This document shows positions 26,757 through 35,630 of a stretch of 64,000 nucleotides of DNA, in pieces. The DNA comes from an uncultured Chloroflexia bacterium (GTDB lineage Bacteria; Chloroflexota; Limnocylindria; Limnocylindrales; CSP1-4). The stretch is taken from assembly GCA_963781705.1 (NCBI GenBank), contig CAWAGP010000010.1:101028-165027 (forward strand), written 5' to 3'. The notes under the pieces were generated by a model. That model did no database searches, was not told the origin of the DNA, and saw only the letters and a list, made by a program, of their open reading frames with translations. The position numbers were made by a program, and so were the translations under genes. The first letter of the stretch is position 1, and every line of letters begins with the position of its first letter.

Positions 26757-28007
26757 TCAGGCGCGTGCAGTCACTGCAGCAATGATCCGGCGCAGGTTGG
26801 GCCGCGTGCCGTAGAGCAGCACCGTCGCGCGGAAGATGCGCCCCGCGGCGGCGATGGCGAAGACGACGAAGACCACCTGCACGAGCAGCGAAACGCCGAC
26901 CATGATCCACGGCGGCGAGCCGTTCGAGAGTACCTCGAGCAGTGCCGCCGGAGCGGTCAGTGGGATGAGCGCCAGCACCCACACGATGGGCGACGTGGGG
27001 TCGCCCAGGAATACCGGCGTGAGCACCAGTGGGATGACCGCGAAGAAGCCGAAGAAGCTCGAGTACTGCTGTGCCTCGCGCGCGCCGGCCGACAGCGCTC
27101 CCACCGCGGCGAAGATCGCGCCGTAGGCGAGATAGCCAAGGCAGAACACGATCACCGCCAGGGCGATCGTGATCGGCGGCAGCGCGACATGGACCGCCAG
27201 CTGCTGGTCGATGATCGGCAGCGCCAGCAGCGCGGTGCCCAGCCAGATGGCCACCTGGGTCAACCCGGCGACACCCAGGCCGATCGTCTTGCCGGCCATC
27301 AGCGGCAGGGCGGGGATCGAACTGAGCAGGATCTCGACGACGCGGTTCTCCTTCTCCTCGGTGACCGACTGGAGCAGGTAGCCACTGGTCATGAAGATGC
27401 TCAGCACAAAGATCAGCGTGAACACGTAGGGCACGATGAAGTCCGCCGCGACGGATGCATCGGATACCGCCTCGCCGCTGGTCGTGACCGAGGCGAACGT
27501 AATCGGCGTGAGCAGCTCAGCCAGCGTGCTGTCGGGCAGGCCGGCGTTGCGCAGCAGAGATGTGCGCAGCAGCAGCTGCACCTCGGCCTGCTCGGCCTGC
27601 TGGCGCGACAGCGCGTCGAGGGCGCGGCCGGTATTGGACTGCGACGACTCGACGAGCAGTACCTGTGGCTGCGTCGGCCAGGTGTTGGGCACCAGGAAGT
27701 AGTCCGCCACCGCGGTCGCAGCCAGGCGGGCATCGGCCTCGGCCCTGTCGACGAGGACCACGTTGGGCGTGATCGTGGCGTCGGTCTGCAGAGCCACCGC
27801 GGATTGGTTGACGACCAGAAGCGGGCCCTCGACCGAGCCGCTGGTCGCACTGTCGATCGACACCGCGCTCGACAGGATGAAGATGAACGCCATGGACGCC
27901 GGCAGCAGCAGCGTTGCCAGGAGGAAGCCACGCCGGCGAACCGTGCGCAGATAGTCGCGCCGGGCGACGAGCAGGACCAGCCTCAGGAAGTGGCCGCGCT
28001 CGTTCAT
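26757..28007 (-). CDS. ABC-2 type transporter permease
   Basis: 416 aa, an N-terminal TM, a large extracytoplasmic loop, then 5 C-terminal TM helices (ABC-2/NatB-like topology). It is translationally coupled to the upstream ATPase. Confidence 0.7.
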   Translation of the reverse strand: MNERGHFLRLVLLVARRDYLRTVRRRGFLLATLLLPASMAFIFILSSAVSIDSATSGSVEGPLLVVNQSAVALQTDATITPNVVLVDRAEADARLAATAVADYFLVPNTWPTQPQVLLVESSQSNTGRALDALSRQQAEQAEVQLLLRTSLLRNAGLPDSTLAELLTPITFASVTTSGEAVSDASVAADFIVPYVFTLIFVLSIFMTSGYLLQSVTEEKENRVVEILLSSIPALPLMAGKTIGLGVAGLTQVAIWLGTALLALPIIDQQLAVHVALPPITIALAVIVFCLGYLAYGAIFAAVGALSAGAREAQQYSSFFGFFAVIPLVLTPVFLGDPTSPIVWVLALIPLTAPAALLEVLSNGSPPWIMVGVSLLVQVVFVVFAIAAAGRIFRATVLLYGTRPNLRRIIAAVTARA

Positions 28008-28981
28008 CCGACGCTCTCCGCACGCGGGTCGCCGGCCACTGCGCGGATGAAGATCTCGGCGAGGTTGGGGGCCTCGACCGCGAAGCGCTCCACCTGCGCC
28101 GGCGTGTCGCCGAGTTCACGGAACAGGTCCTGCGCGCTTGCGCCGTCGCGCAACAGGTAGCGCACCGAGCCGTCGTAGGCGGTCGCGTGGCTGGCGCTCT
28201 TGAGCGCCGTGCTGTCGGCCGGTAGCTGCCGGCCGACGACTTCGACCGCGCCGTCGCTGAATGCGCGCCGGATCTCGGCCACGGTTCCGTACAGCAGTCG
28301 TCGACCGTTGTCGATGAGCAGGATCCGGTCGCACAGGACCTGTGCGTCTTCCATGTCGTGGGTGCTCATGACCACTGCCGCGCCGCGTTCGCGCTGCGCC
28401 ATGAGCAGGCTCTTGAGCATCGTCGCGTTGACTGGATCCAGGCCCTGGAAGGGCTCGTCGACGATCAGCAGGTCGGGTTCGTTGATGATCGTGGCGATCA
28501 GCTGCGCCTTCTGGTGCATGCCGCGCGACAACTCGCCCGCCTTCTTGGTCAACGAGTCGCCCAGCCCGACTTCGACCAGTAGGTCGTGGGCGCGCGTGCG
28601 CGCCTCGTGCGCGGCCAGGCCGCGCAACGCGCCGAAATAGGTCAGCGTGTCGATGATCGGCACGTCGCGGTAGAGTCCGCGGTCTTCGGGCAGGTATCCC
28701 GTCCGCGACTGATGCGCGATGCCCGGTCGACCGCCGAACACACTTATCCGGCCGCGGTCGGGGCGGATGATGTCGAGGATCATGCGCATGGTCGTCGTCT
28801 TGCCCGCCCCGTTCGGCCCCAGGAAGCCGAGCATCTCACCCGGGCGAACGTCGAACGACAGATCTGACACCACGTCGACCGAACCGAAGCGCTTCCAGAC
28901 GCCGTCGACGACGACCGGCAGCGCGCCGGCTTCGTTGAGGCGGCCGGCGAGCGTGCTGTTGGGCACCGCTGCTGTGGTCAC
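28004..28981 (-). CDS. ABC transporter ATP-binding protein
   Basis: Walker A GPNGAGKTT, signature LSRGMHQKAQL, Walker B LLIVDEPFQGLD, H-loop STHDM. Confidence 0.8.
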   Translation of the reverse strand: MTTAAVPNSTLAGRLNEAGALPVVVDGVWKRFGSVDVVSDLSFDVRPGEMLGFLGPNGAGKTTTMRMILDIIRPDRGRISVFGGRPGIAHQSRTGYLPEDRGLYRDVPIIDTLTYFGALRGLAAHEARTRAHDLLVEVGLGDSLTKKAGELSRGMHQKAQLIATIINEPDLLIVDEPFQGLDPVNATMLKSLLMAQRERGAAVVMSTHDMEDAQVLCDRILLIDNGRRLLYGTVAEIRRAFSDGAVEVVGRQLPADSTALKSASHATAYDGSVRYLLRDGASAQDLFRELGDTPAQVERFAVEAPNLAEIFIRAVAGDPRAESVG

Positions 28982-29044
28982 GCTGCCAGCCTAACCAGCC
29001 GGCGCCAGCCGGCGCCAAGGGTCCAACGGCCTATCCTGCGGTAC

Positions 29045-29992
29045 ATGCGCATCGTCTCTCTCGTGCCATCGGCGACCGAGATCGTCTTCGCGCTGGGCAT
29101 CGGCGAAGACCTCGTCGGCCGCTCGGATGAGTGCGATTTCCCGCCGGAGGCGGCTGATGTGCCGGTGGTCACGCGTGCGCTGGTGACCGGCCGGCACAGG
29201 GGCAGCCGCGCTATCGATACTCACGTCGGAGCGGCACTGGGCGGCGGCGAATCGCTGTATGCCCTCGATGTCGACGCGCTGGCGGCGGCCGACGCCGACC
29301 TGGTCATCACCCAGCGGCTGTGCAGCGTGTGCGCCGTCAGCCACGGTCAGGTCGTGCACGCGCTGGAGCAGCTCGGCTCGTCGGCGCAGGTCGTCAGCCT
29401 CGACCCGGAAAGCGTCGAGGGCGTGCTCAACGCCATCTCGACAGTGGGCGCGATGGCCGAGGTCGAGGACGAGGCGATCGGCCTGATCGAGGTCCTGCGC
29501 GAACGCCTCGCGAACATCGAGAACCGCGTGCTCGAGCGCCGGCTGGCCGGTGTCGGCGCGCGCCGGGTGGTGTGTCTCGAGTGGCTCGACCCGCCGTTCG
29601 CGGCCGGTCACTGGGTGCCCGAACAGGTGCGCCGGGCGGGCGGCTGGGAGGTACTCGGCACAGCCGGCGAGCCGTCACTGCGCACCAGCTGGGAGCGCGT
29701 CCGCGAGGTCGACCCCGACCAGCTGATGCTCATGCCATGTGGCTTCGATGCTTGGCGAACGGCGGTCGAGTGGGGCCGCGTCGAGCGGCCCGACTGGCTC
29801 TCCGAGCTGCGCGCAGTCGCGCAGGGCGAGGTCTATGCGCTCGACGGCTCGGCATATTTCAGCCGCCCCGGTCCGCGGTTGATCGACGGCATCGCGCTGC
29901 TGGCCGAGCTGTTCGACCCCGGCAATTTCCTCGACGAGGCACCGGCCGGCGCGTGGCTGCCGCTGGGCGCGGTCGGCGAACGTGCCCGCTGA
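29045..29992 (+). CDS. Cobalamin-binding protein, BtuF-like periplasmic-binding-protein fold, no signal peptide
   Basis: MRIVSLVPSATEIVFALGIGEDLVGRSDECDFP... is a typical class-III (helical backbone) B12/siderophore binding protein N-terminus. It begins directly with the beta-strand, with no signal peptide or lipobox. Confidence 0.6.
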   Translation: MRIVSLVPSATEIVFALGIGEDLVGRSDECDFPPEAADVPVVTRALVTGRHRGSRAIDTHVGAALGGGESLYALDVDALAAADADLVITQRLCSVCAVSHGQVVHALEQLGSSAQVVSLDPESVEGVLNAISTVGAMAEVEDEAIGLIEVLRERLANIENRVLERRLAGVGARRVVCLEWLDPPFAAGHWVPEQVRRAGGWEVLGTAGEPSLRTSWERVREVDPDQLMLMPCGFDAWRTAVEWGRVERPDWLSELRAVAQGEVYALDGSAYFSRPGPRLIDGIALLAELFDPGNFLDEAPAGAWLPLGAVGERAR

Positions 29993-30833
29993 CAGCCCTT
30001 TCGCCGCCCGGTTCAACTGCCTGTGGTGTGGTCGGCCGCACGAGGTGCGTTCGGCCGACGATCTAGAGGGCTACGCGCGGCTGTGCCCCGACTGCATCGG
30101 GCGCGCCCAGGACAACGAGTTCCTGCGCTTCCGCCTGCGCGAGGGTCTGCGCCGGCGTTCCGCGGCGTCGGCGGGCGCACAGTCCGACGACGAAACGCTG
30201 AAGACCTACTACGCGGCGCGTGCGCCGGAGTACGACGAGATCTACTCGGGCATCGGCTGGCCGCCTGTCGAGCGGGCGGTGTTCCTGGCCGACCTCGACG
30301 CAGCCACGCTATGGCTCGACCGATTGCCGTGGCGCGGTGAGATCGTCGAGCTTGCAGCGGGTACCGGCTGGTGGTCGCCGTTGCTGGCTCAGAAGGGCGA
30401 GCTGTGGCTGTACGACGCGGTCGGGGAGCCGCTTGAACGCGCCCGCGACCGATTGCTGGCGCATGGCCTGCGCGCGCACATTCACCTGCGCGATGCCTGG
30501 GCGGAGCCGGACCGCCCGGTCGATGGTCTGTTCTGCGGCGGGTGGCTGAGCCACGTTCGACGCGAGCGGCTGGCCGACTTCCTGGGCATCTGCCGCCGCT
30601 GGCTGAAGCCGGGCGGGATGTTCGCTTTCATCGACGAGGCGCCCGGTTGGGGCTACACGCCCACGGTCGACGATCGCCAGCCGCGCCGCCTCAACGATGG
30701 CCGCGAGTTCACGATCGTCAAGGTCTATTACGAGCCGTCCGAGCTCGAGACAGCCCTGCGGGCGGCGGGTTTTGCCCAGGCCGAGGTGGGCACGACATCG
30801 CGCTTCTTCCAGCTGGGTCGCTCGACGGCATGA
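29982..30833 (+). CDS. Class I SAM-dependent methyltransferase with N-terminal C4 zinc-ribbon (paralogue 1)
   Basis: CLWCGRPHE...CPDCIG zinc ribbon, SAM motif I EIVELAAGTGWWS, and post-I acidic LWLYDAV. The GTG start overlaps the stop of the cobalamin-binding gene. Confidence 0.65.
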   Translation: MPADSPFAARFNCLWCGRPHEVRSADDLEGYARLCPDCIGRAQDNEFLRFRLREGLRRRSAASAGAQSDDETLKTYYAARAPEYDEIYSGIGWPPVERAVFLADLDAATLWLDRLPWRGEIVELAAGTGWWSPLLAQKGELWLYDAVGEPLERARDRLLAHGLRAHIHLRDAWAEPDRPVDGLFCGGWLSHVRRERLADFLGICRRWLKPGGMFAFIDEAPGWGYTPTVDDRQPRRLNDGREFTIVKVYYEPSELETALRAAGFAQAEVGTTSRFFQLGRSTA

Positions 30834-31507
30834 ACGACCAACTGCGCGAGTACTACGCGGCGCGGGCCGGCGAGTACGACGACTGGTACCTGCGCCGCGG
30901 CCGCTATGAGCACGGCCCGGACGCTGACGCCGCGTGGGCGGCGGAGCTGGAGCATGCGCGCCAATGGCTGGACAGCCGGCCCCTGCAAGGGGAGATCGTG
31001 GAGCTCGCGGCGGGCACCGGCTGGTGGTCGCGGCTGCTCGCCCGGAAGGGACAGCTGTGGCTTTACGACGCCGTGCCCGAGCCGCTCGAGCGAGCGCGTC
31101 AGCGTTTGCTCGAGCACGGGCTGGCCGCCCACATTCACGTGCGCGACGCGTGGGCCGTGCCCGATCGCCGCGTCGATGCGCTGTTCTGCGGCTTCTGGCT
31201 GAGCCATGTGCCGCGCGACCGGCTGGCGACGTTCCTGGGTGTCTGCCACCGCTGGCTCAAGCCCGACAGTGTGTTTGTCTTCATCGACTCACGCCGCGAC
31301 CCGGATTCGAGCGCGTTCGACCATCCCGCGCCGGCCGATGACGTGTCGCTGCGCCGCCTCGACGACGGCCGCGAGTTCGTCATCCCCAAGATCTACTACC
31401 AACCGGGGGATCTCGAGACGGCCCTGCGCGAGGCTGGCTTCGCGACTGCCCACGTCACGACCACGCCGCGCTTCTTCGTGCTGGGCGAGGCGAGCACGGG
31501 TGCCTGA
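30830..31507 (+). CDS. Class I SAM-dependent methyltransferase (paralogue 2, no zinc ribbon)
   Basis: About 50% identical to the preceding MTase over the catalytic domain (EIVELAAGTGWWSRLLARKGQLWLYDAVPEPLERARQRLLEHGLAAHIHVRDAW...). The ATGA overlap with paralogue 1 is consistent with tandem duplication. Confidence 0.65.
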   Translation: MNDQLREYYAARAGEYDDWYLRRGRYEHGPDADAAWAAELEHARQWLDSRPLQGEIVELAAGTGWWSRLLARKGQLWLYDAVPEPLERARQRLLEHGLAAHIHVRDAWAVPDRRVDALFCGFWLSHVPRDRLATFLGVCHRWLKPDSVFVFIDSRRDPDSSAFDHPAPADDVSLRRLDDGREFVIPKIYYQPGDLETALREAGFATAHVTTTPRFFVLGEASTGA

Positions 31508-31529
31508 GCCCGAACCTATACTCGGCGCG

Positions 31530-32375
31530 ATGTCGCTCAGCGGGGCCACCATCGCCACGATCGGCTCGGGTGTGATGGCCGAGGCGATGATTGCTGGTTT
31601 GCTGCGCGGTCATCAGGTCGCCGCGGAGCAGATCATTGCCAGTCACCCGCGCGCCGACCGGCGCGCGGAACTTGTGGCCACCCATGGCATCCGCACCGTC
31701 GCGGAAAACGTCGCTGCTGTCGGACCGGCCGACGTCGTGGTGCTGGCCATCAAGCCGCAGATGCTCGCCCGCGTTGGACGCGACATAGCGCCGGCCATGT
31801 CGGACGGCAAGCTGGTCATCAGCATCATCGCCGGCGCGACGACTCGGGCACTCAGCCAAGCTCTCGGTCACCGGCAGGTCGTGCGCAGCATGCCCAACAC
31901 CCCCGCCCAACTGGGCCGTGGCGTCACCGTCTGGTACGCGACGCCGGAGGTCAGCGAGGCGCAGCGCGCCCAGGCGCGCGCGCTGCTGGGCAGCCTGGGC
32001 ACCGAGCTCGAGGTCGATGACGAGAAGCTGGTGGCCATGGCCACGGCCGTCAGTGGCACCGGTCCGACCTACGTCTTCCTGTTCATGGAAGCGCTCATCG
32101 ATGCCGCCGTGCACCTGGGCTTTGCGCGCCACATCGCCCACGATCTGGTGATCGAGACACTTGAGGGCAGCACCCTGTTCGCCAAGTCGAGCGGCATGCA
32201 CCCGGCCCAGCTGCGCAACATGGTCACCTCGCCGGGCGGCACGAGCGCCGCAGCACTGCACGAGCTCGAGTCGGGTCGGCTGCGGACTGTCGTGTCGGAA
32301 GCGGTCTGGGCGGCATATCGGCGCACGGAGGAGCTGGGCCGGGCGCTCGAGACCGAGACGGCGCCTGATCGATGA
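31530..32375 (+). CDS. proC: Pyrroline-5-carboxylate reductase
   Basis: IATIGSGVMAEAMIAGLL (NADP-binding GxGxxA/G), ...SMPNTPAQLGRGVT..., C-terminal dimerisation domain TSPGGTSAAAL, 281 aa. Confidence 0.8.
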   Translation: MSLSGATIATIGSGVMAEAMIAGLLRGHQVAAEQIIASHPRADRRAELVATHGIRTVAENVAAVGPADVVVLAIKPQMLARVGRDIAPAMSDGKLVISIIAGATTRALSQALGHRQVVRSMPNTPAQLGRGVTVWYATPEVSEAQRAQARALLGSLGTELEVDDEKLVAMATAVSGTGPTYVFLFMEALIDAAVHLGFARHIAHDLVIETLEGSTLFAKSSGMHPAQLRNMVTSPGGTSAAALHELESGRLRTVVSEAVWAAYRRTEELGRALETETAPDR

Positions 32376-33142
32376 GTGCCAGACGCGCGCGACTGTTGAC
32401 GGTGCCGCTGCTCGCTGTGTCACTGCTGGCGGGCTGCGCGGCACAGCCGGTCGCTGAGACGACCCAGCTGCCGCTGGTGACGATCGGCCTGCCATCGCCG
32501 GGCGCCTCATCTCTGCCGACGCCCGGCGTCACGCCGTCGCCGGGCCCGTCATCGACCGCGTCACCGTCGGCCACCAACACATCCAGCAGCCCGCCGACTC
32601 CGAGCACCATCCCGCTGTCCACGCCACCACCCTCGCCGACCGTGCCACCTCCCACGCCGCTGCCCTCCGGCGCGCCCACGCAGGGCTGCGTCAACGGCTG
32701 GGCGAGTCCGGCACCGGGCACTCCGCTGTACCAGGAGGCACTGTCGATTCTGGCCGCGCAGATGGGCCAACAGGGCCCCTGGAACGTCGCCGAGATGCGC
32801 TACTTCACCGGCCCTGACGTTCCGTGGATCCAGCCTGGCTACGACGTGGTCGAGCGCTGGTACGTCAAGGCTTCGCGGGCCGACGACGCCGGCTTCCAGG
32901 GCCGCTGGCTGATCGAGAAGCGCACCGACCAGATCGAGGGCATCTCGGCCGTCGCGCCGTGGTACACGGCCGGCTACCGCTCGCCCGACTGGACCGGTTT
33001 CGAAGGCGAGGGGCCGCCGGTCACCTACCTCGGCCTGCCGGGCCAGTGGGCCGGCGTGCCGTACGACTTCGTTACCGGCGCCGGCGACGGCGGGCAGCCC
33101 GGCCTTCCAACGCAGGTCAGCGACTGTCTCAAGGGGACGTGA
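32372..33142 (+). CDS. Hypothetical lipoprotein with a Pro/Ser/Thr-rich linker
   Basis: Signal peptide plus lipobox LLAGC, then a 90-aa P/S/T-rich low-complexity linker and a globular C-terminal domain. The ATGA overlap with the proC stop. Confidence 0.5.
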   Translation: MSARRARLLTVPLLAVSLLAGCAAQPVAETTQLPLVTIGLPSPGASSLPTPGVTPSPGPSSTASPSATNTSSSPPTPSTIPLSTPPPSPTVPPPTPLPSGAPTQGCVNGWASPAPGTPLYQEALSILAAQMGQQGPWNVAEMRYFTGPDVPWIQPGYDVVERWYVKASRADDAGFQGRWLIEKRTDQIEGISAVAPWYTAGYRSPDWTGFEGEGPPVTYLGLPGQWAGVPYDFVTGAGDGGQPGLPTQVSDCLKGT

Positions 33143-33144
33143 GC

Positions 33145-34440
33145 ATGCGCGTCGAGGTCCTGGCAACGCTCGACTGCCCCCATCTCGAGCGCGCCGAGCA
33201 GATCGTCCGCATCGCCCTGCGCGACGATGGTCGCGAGCCGGTCATCCAGCGCGTGTACGTGAGCGATCTCGACACGGCCGCCGGCCTCGGCTTCCACGGC
33301 TCGCCGACGGTGCGCATCGACGGCCTTGACGTAGTGCCGCCGCCGGCCGACCTGCCGATCAACCTCGGTTGCCGGCTCTACCCGCAGCCGGGCGGCGGTG
33401 TGGACGGCGTCGTGCCCGCCGAGACGATCAGCGCGGAGGTGGAGCGTCGGCACGAGGTTGAGATGCACGCGCGCGCGAACCGCACACACGTGCGCGATGC
33501 GCCCGGCCACCTGTCACGCCAGATGTTCCTGTGGGCGTCGCATCGCGGGTCGCTGGCGCGCGTCGCGACGGCCATCCCGATCACCCGCCGAATGGTCCGC
33601 CGCTTCGTCGCCGGCGACACGCTCGACGACGCGCTCGGCGCGCTGGAGCGGCTGCGCGAGCAGGGCATGCACTGGACGGTGGACGTGCTCGGCGAATCGG
33701 TCGATTCGCGGGAAATGGCAAACGCCGCGGCCGACCGCTACATCGCCACGCTCAACGCCCTGGGCGAGCGCGGCCTCGAAGCGAACGTGTCGCTCAAGCT
33801 CACCCAGATGGGGCTCGACATCGATGCCGGCTTCTGCCGCGACAACGTCGGCCGGGTCGTGGAGCGCGCCAGGCAGCTGGGCGCCTTCGTGCGCGTTGAC
33901 ATGGAAGATCACACCAAGACCGCCGCGACGCTGGCCGTCGCCCGGGCGCTGCACGCTGAATATCACGACGTCGGCGTGGTCATCCAGTCCTACCTGCGCC
34001 GCTCAGCCGACGACATCGAGCAGCTGATCGGCGAGCAGGTCCGCGTGCGGCTGTGCAAGGGCGCCTACGACGAGCCTGGCGCCGTCGCGTTCCCGGCCAA
34101 GGAGGAGGTCGACGAGAGCTACCGCGTGCTCATGGAGCGGCTGTTGCTGGCCGGACGCTACCCGGCCATCGCCACCCACGATGAGCGCCTGATCGACCAC
34201 GCCGTCGAATTCGCGACCAAGCATGGCATCGGCGCCGACCGTTTCGAGTTCCAGATGCTGTACGGCATCCGCCGTGACCTGCACGAGCGGCTCGTGGCGC
34301 AGGGTTTCACCGTGCGCGTGTACGTGCCCTACGGCACGCAGTGGTACCCGTACTACATGCGACGCATGGCCGAACGCCCGGCCAACGTCATCTTCCTGCT
34401 GATGAGCGTGTTGCGCGAAGGCCGCGGCGCGCGCAATTAG
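33145..34440 (+). CDS. Proline dehydrogenase (PRODH) with N-terminal degenerate thioredoxin-like (Thioredoxin_3-type) domain
   Basis: The C-terminal 300 aa show the PRODH TIM-barrel (…VDMEDH…VRLCKGAY…ATHDERLI…). The N-terminal MRVEVLATLDCPHL...GFHGSPTVRIDG matches the small redox-active disulfide-protein fold, with CxxC degenerated to CPHL. RBS AAGGGGA. Confidence 0.7.
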   Translation: MRVEVLATLDCPHLERAEQIVRIALRDDGREPVIQRVYVSDLDTAAGLGFHGSPTVRIDGLDVVPPPADLPINLGCRLYPQPGGGVDGVVPAETISAEVERRHEVEMHARANRTHVRDAPGHLSRQMFLWASHRGSLARVATAIPITRRMVRRFVAGDTLDDALGALERLREQGMHWTVDVLGESVDSREMANAAADRYIATLNALGERGLEANVSLKLTQMGLDIDAGFCRDNVGRVVERARQLGAFVRVDMEDHTKTAATLAVARALHAEYHDVGVVIQSYLRRSADDIEQLIGEQVRVRLCKGAYDEPGAVAFPAKEEVDESYRVLMERLLLAGRYPAIATHDERLIDHAVEFATKHGIGADRFEFQMLYGIRRDLHERLVAQGFTVRVYVPYGTQWYPYYMRRMAERPANVIFLLMSVLREGRGARN

Positions 34441-35105
34441 GTGGCGTCCGCGGCGGCCAGGCGATCCTCGATCTCCCACGCGTGATCGAGCGCGTGCCAT
34501 GCCGAGCGGCGGATGGCAAAGCGGGCTGGCCAGCGCTGGCCGCCGCGCGGCCCGCGATCGGGTAGCTCACCGCGCGCTCGTCGCTCGACCGCGTCGCTGA
34601 ATTCGGCCCGGATCTGGTCCCAGCCGGCGGACGGGTGAGAGCTGCCGCCGACGGCCGACGAGTAGGCGGCGTCCGCGTCGGCCACGTGGGCGCGCATCTT
34701 GTCCAGGGTCCGCCCCCCGCCGCGCGGCCCGGCGGGGGCGAGCAGGCGGCCCTCGGCCGCGTCCGCCGCGCGAGCGAAGGCCGCCCAGGCCGCTTCGAGC
34801 ATGGTCAGCTGCCTGCGCAGTTCGGCGGGCGATATGGGCCGCAGGTCGAAGTCGGCGATCCGCGCCGGCGCCCCGATGTCCGTCGTCGCGTTGCCTTCGA
34901 GTCGCGCCACGACGATGAGCTGCCCGACACTGATGGGCGGCTCGAGGTCGAGCGCCGACCCGCCCATGCTGGTGCGGTAGCGCGGGCCGTACTCGAGCAG
35001 TGCCAGCAGTGCTTCCTCGGCCGACTTGCGTGCCCGCGCCCAGCCCGGCCATTCGACCGCAGCCGCCACCGTGCGCTTGGCGCCGGCCTCCAGGTAGACG
35101 TCCAT
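34437..35105 (-). CDS. Hypothetical protein (possible DinB_2-like helical bundle; HxxxH near C-terminus)
   Basis: 222 aa, ends ...SAWHALDHAWEIEDRL. No confident family assignment. It overlaps the PRODH stop convergently and lies immediately downstream of the DinB-family gene. Confidence 0.4.
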   Translation of the reverse strand: MDVYLEAGAKRTVAAAVEWPGWARARKSAEEALLALLEYGPRYRTSMGGSALDLEPPISVGQLIVVARLEGNATTDIGAPARIADFDLRPISPAELRRQLTMLEAAWAAFARAADAAEGRLLAPAGPRGGGRTLDKMRAHVADADAAYSSAVGGSSHPSAGWDQIRAEFSDAVERRARGELPDRGPRGGQRWPARFAIRRSAWHALDHAWEIEDRLAAADAT

Positions 35106-35121
35106 CGGGCTCCGCGGCCCC

Positions 35122-35619
35122 CTACGCCAGTTCGTCCAGTTGGTCTGCGTGCTCCTCGAGGTGGTGGATCACGAACTCCCCGACGATGGCCTCGACGTCC
35201 ATCTCGCCGCGGCGCGGGTGGAGGCCGACGGCGTGCCGCTGGGCCGGGGTCAGCCCGCCCAGGAAATGGCGCAGCTCTTCGATCGAACTCAGTACGGCGC
35301 GGAGCTGGTCCGCCACCGACGCGCGCCGGTTGGCCTCGATTGTCTCGATCCGGGCGCTGTCTGCCTTGGTTCGGCCGAAGGCCACCGGCACGCCGTGATA
35401 GCCGGCGATGACGGCTTCGGCCTGGTGCTGCCAGTAGGGCACGAACTCCGCGATGTGCGCCCAGATCTGGCCGGCGTCCCAACGTTCGTCCGCGCCCGGA
35501 TCCGGCTCGCTCAGGCCGTGCGGGAAGGGCCGCTGCGCGAGTTGGTCGAGGCGCCCCTCGAGCACGCCGAGTTGCGCCACGAAGTCGACCCGGCCGTCTG
35601 TCTGGTCCGCGGCTGGCAT
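35122..35619 (-). CDS. DinB/DinB_2 superfamily protein (mycothiol-dependent maleylpyruvate-isomerase N-terminal-domain-like)
   Basis: GQIWAHIAEFVPYW ... FVIHHLEEHADQL (H...HxxxH metal-binding pattern of DinB_2), 165 aa. It is immediately downstream of hmgA. Confidence 0.55.
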   Translation of the reverse strand: MPAADQTDGRVDFVAQLGVLEGRLDQLAQRPFPHGLSEPDPGADERWDAGQIWAHIAEFVPYWQHQAEAVIAGYHGVPVAFGRTKADSARIETIEANRRASVADQLRAVLSSIEELRHFLGGLTPAQRHAVGLHPRRGEMDVEAIVGEFVIHHLEEHADQLDELA

Positions 35620-35630
35620 GCCGGTCGGCC

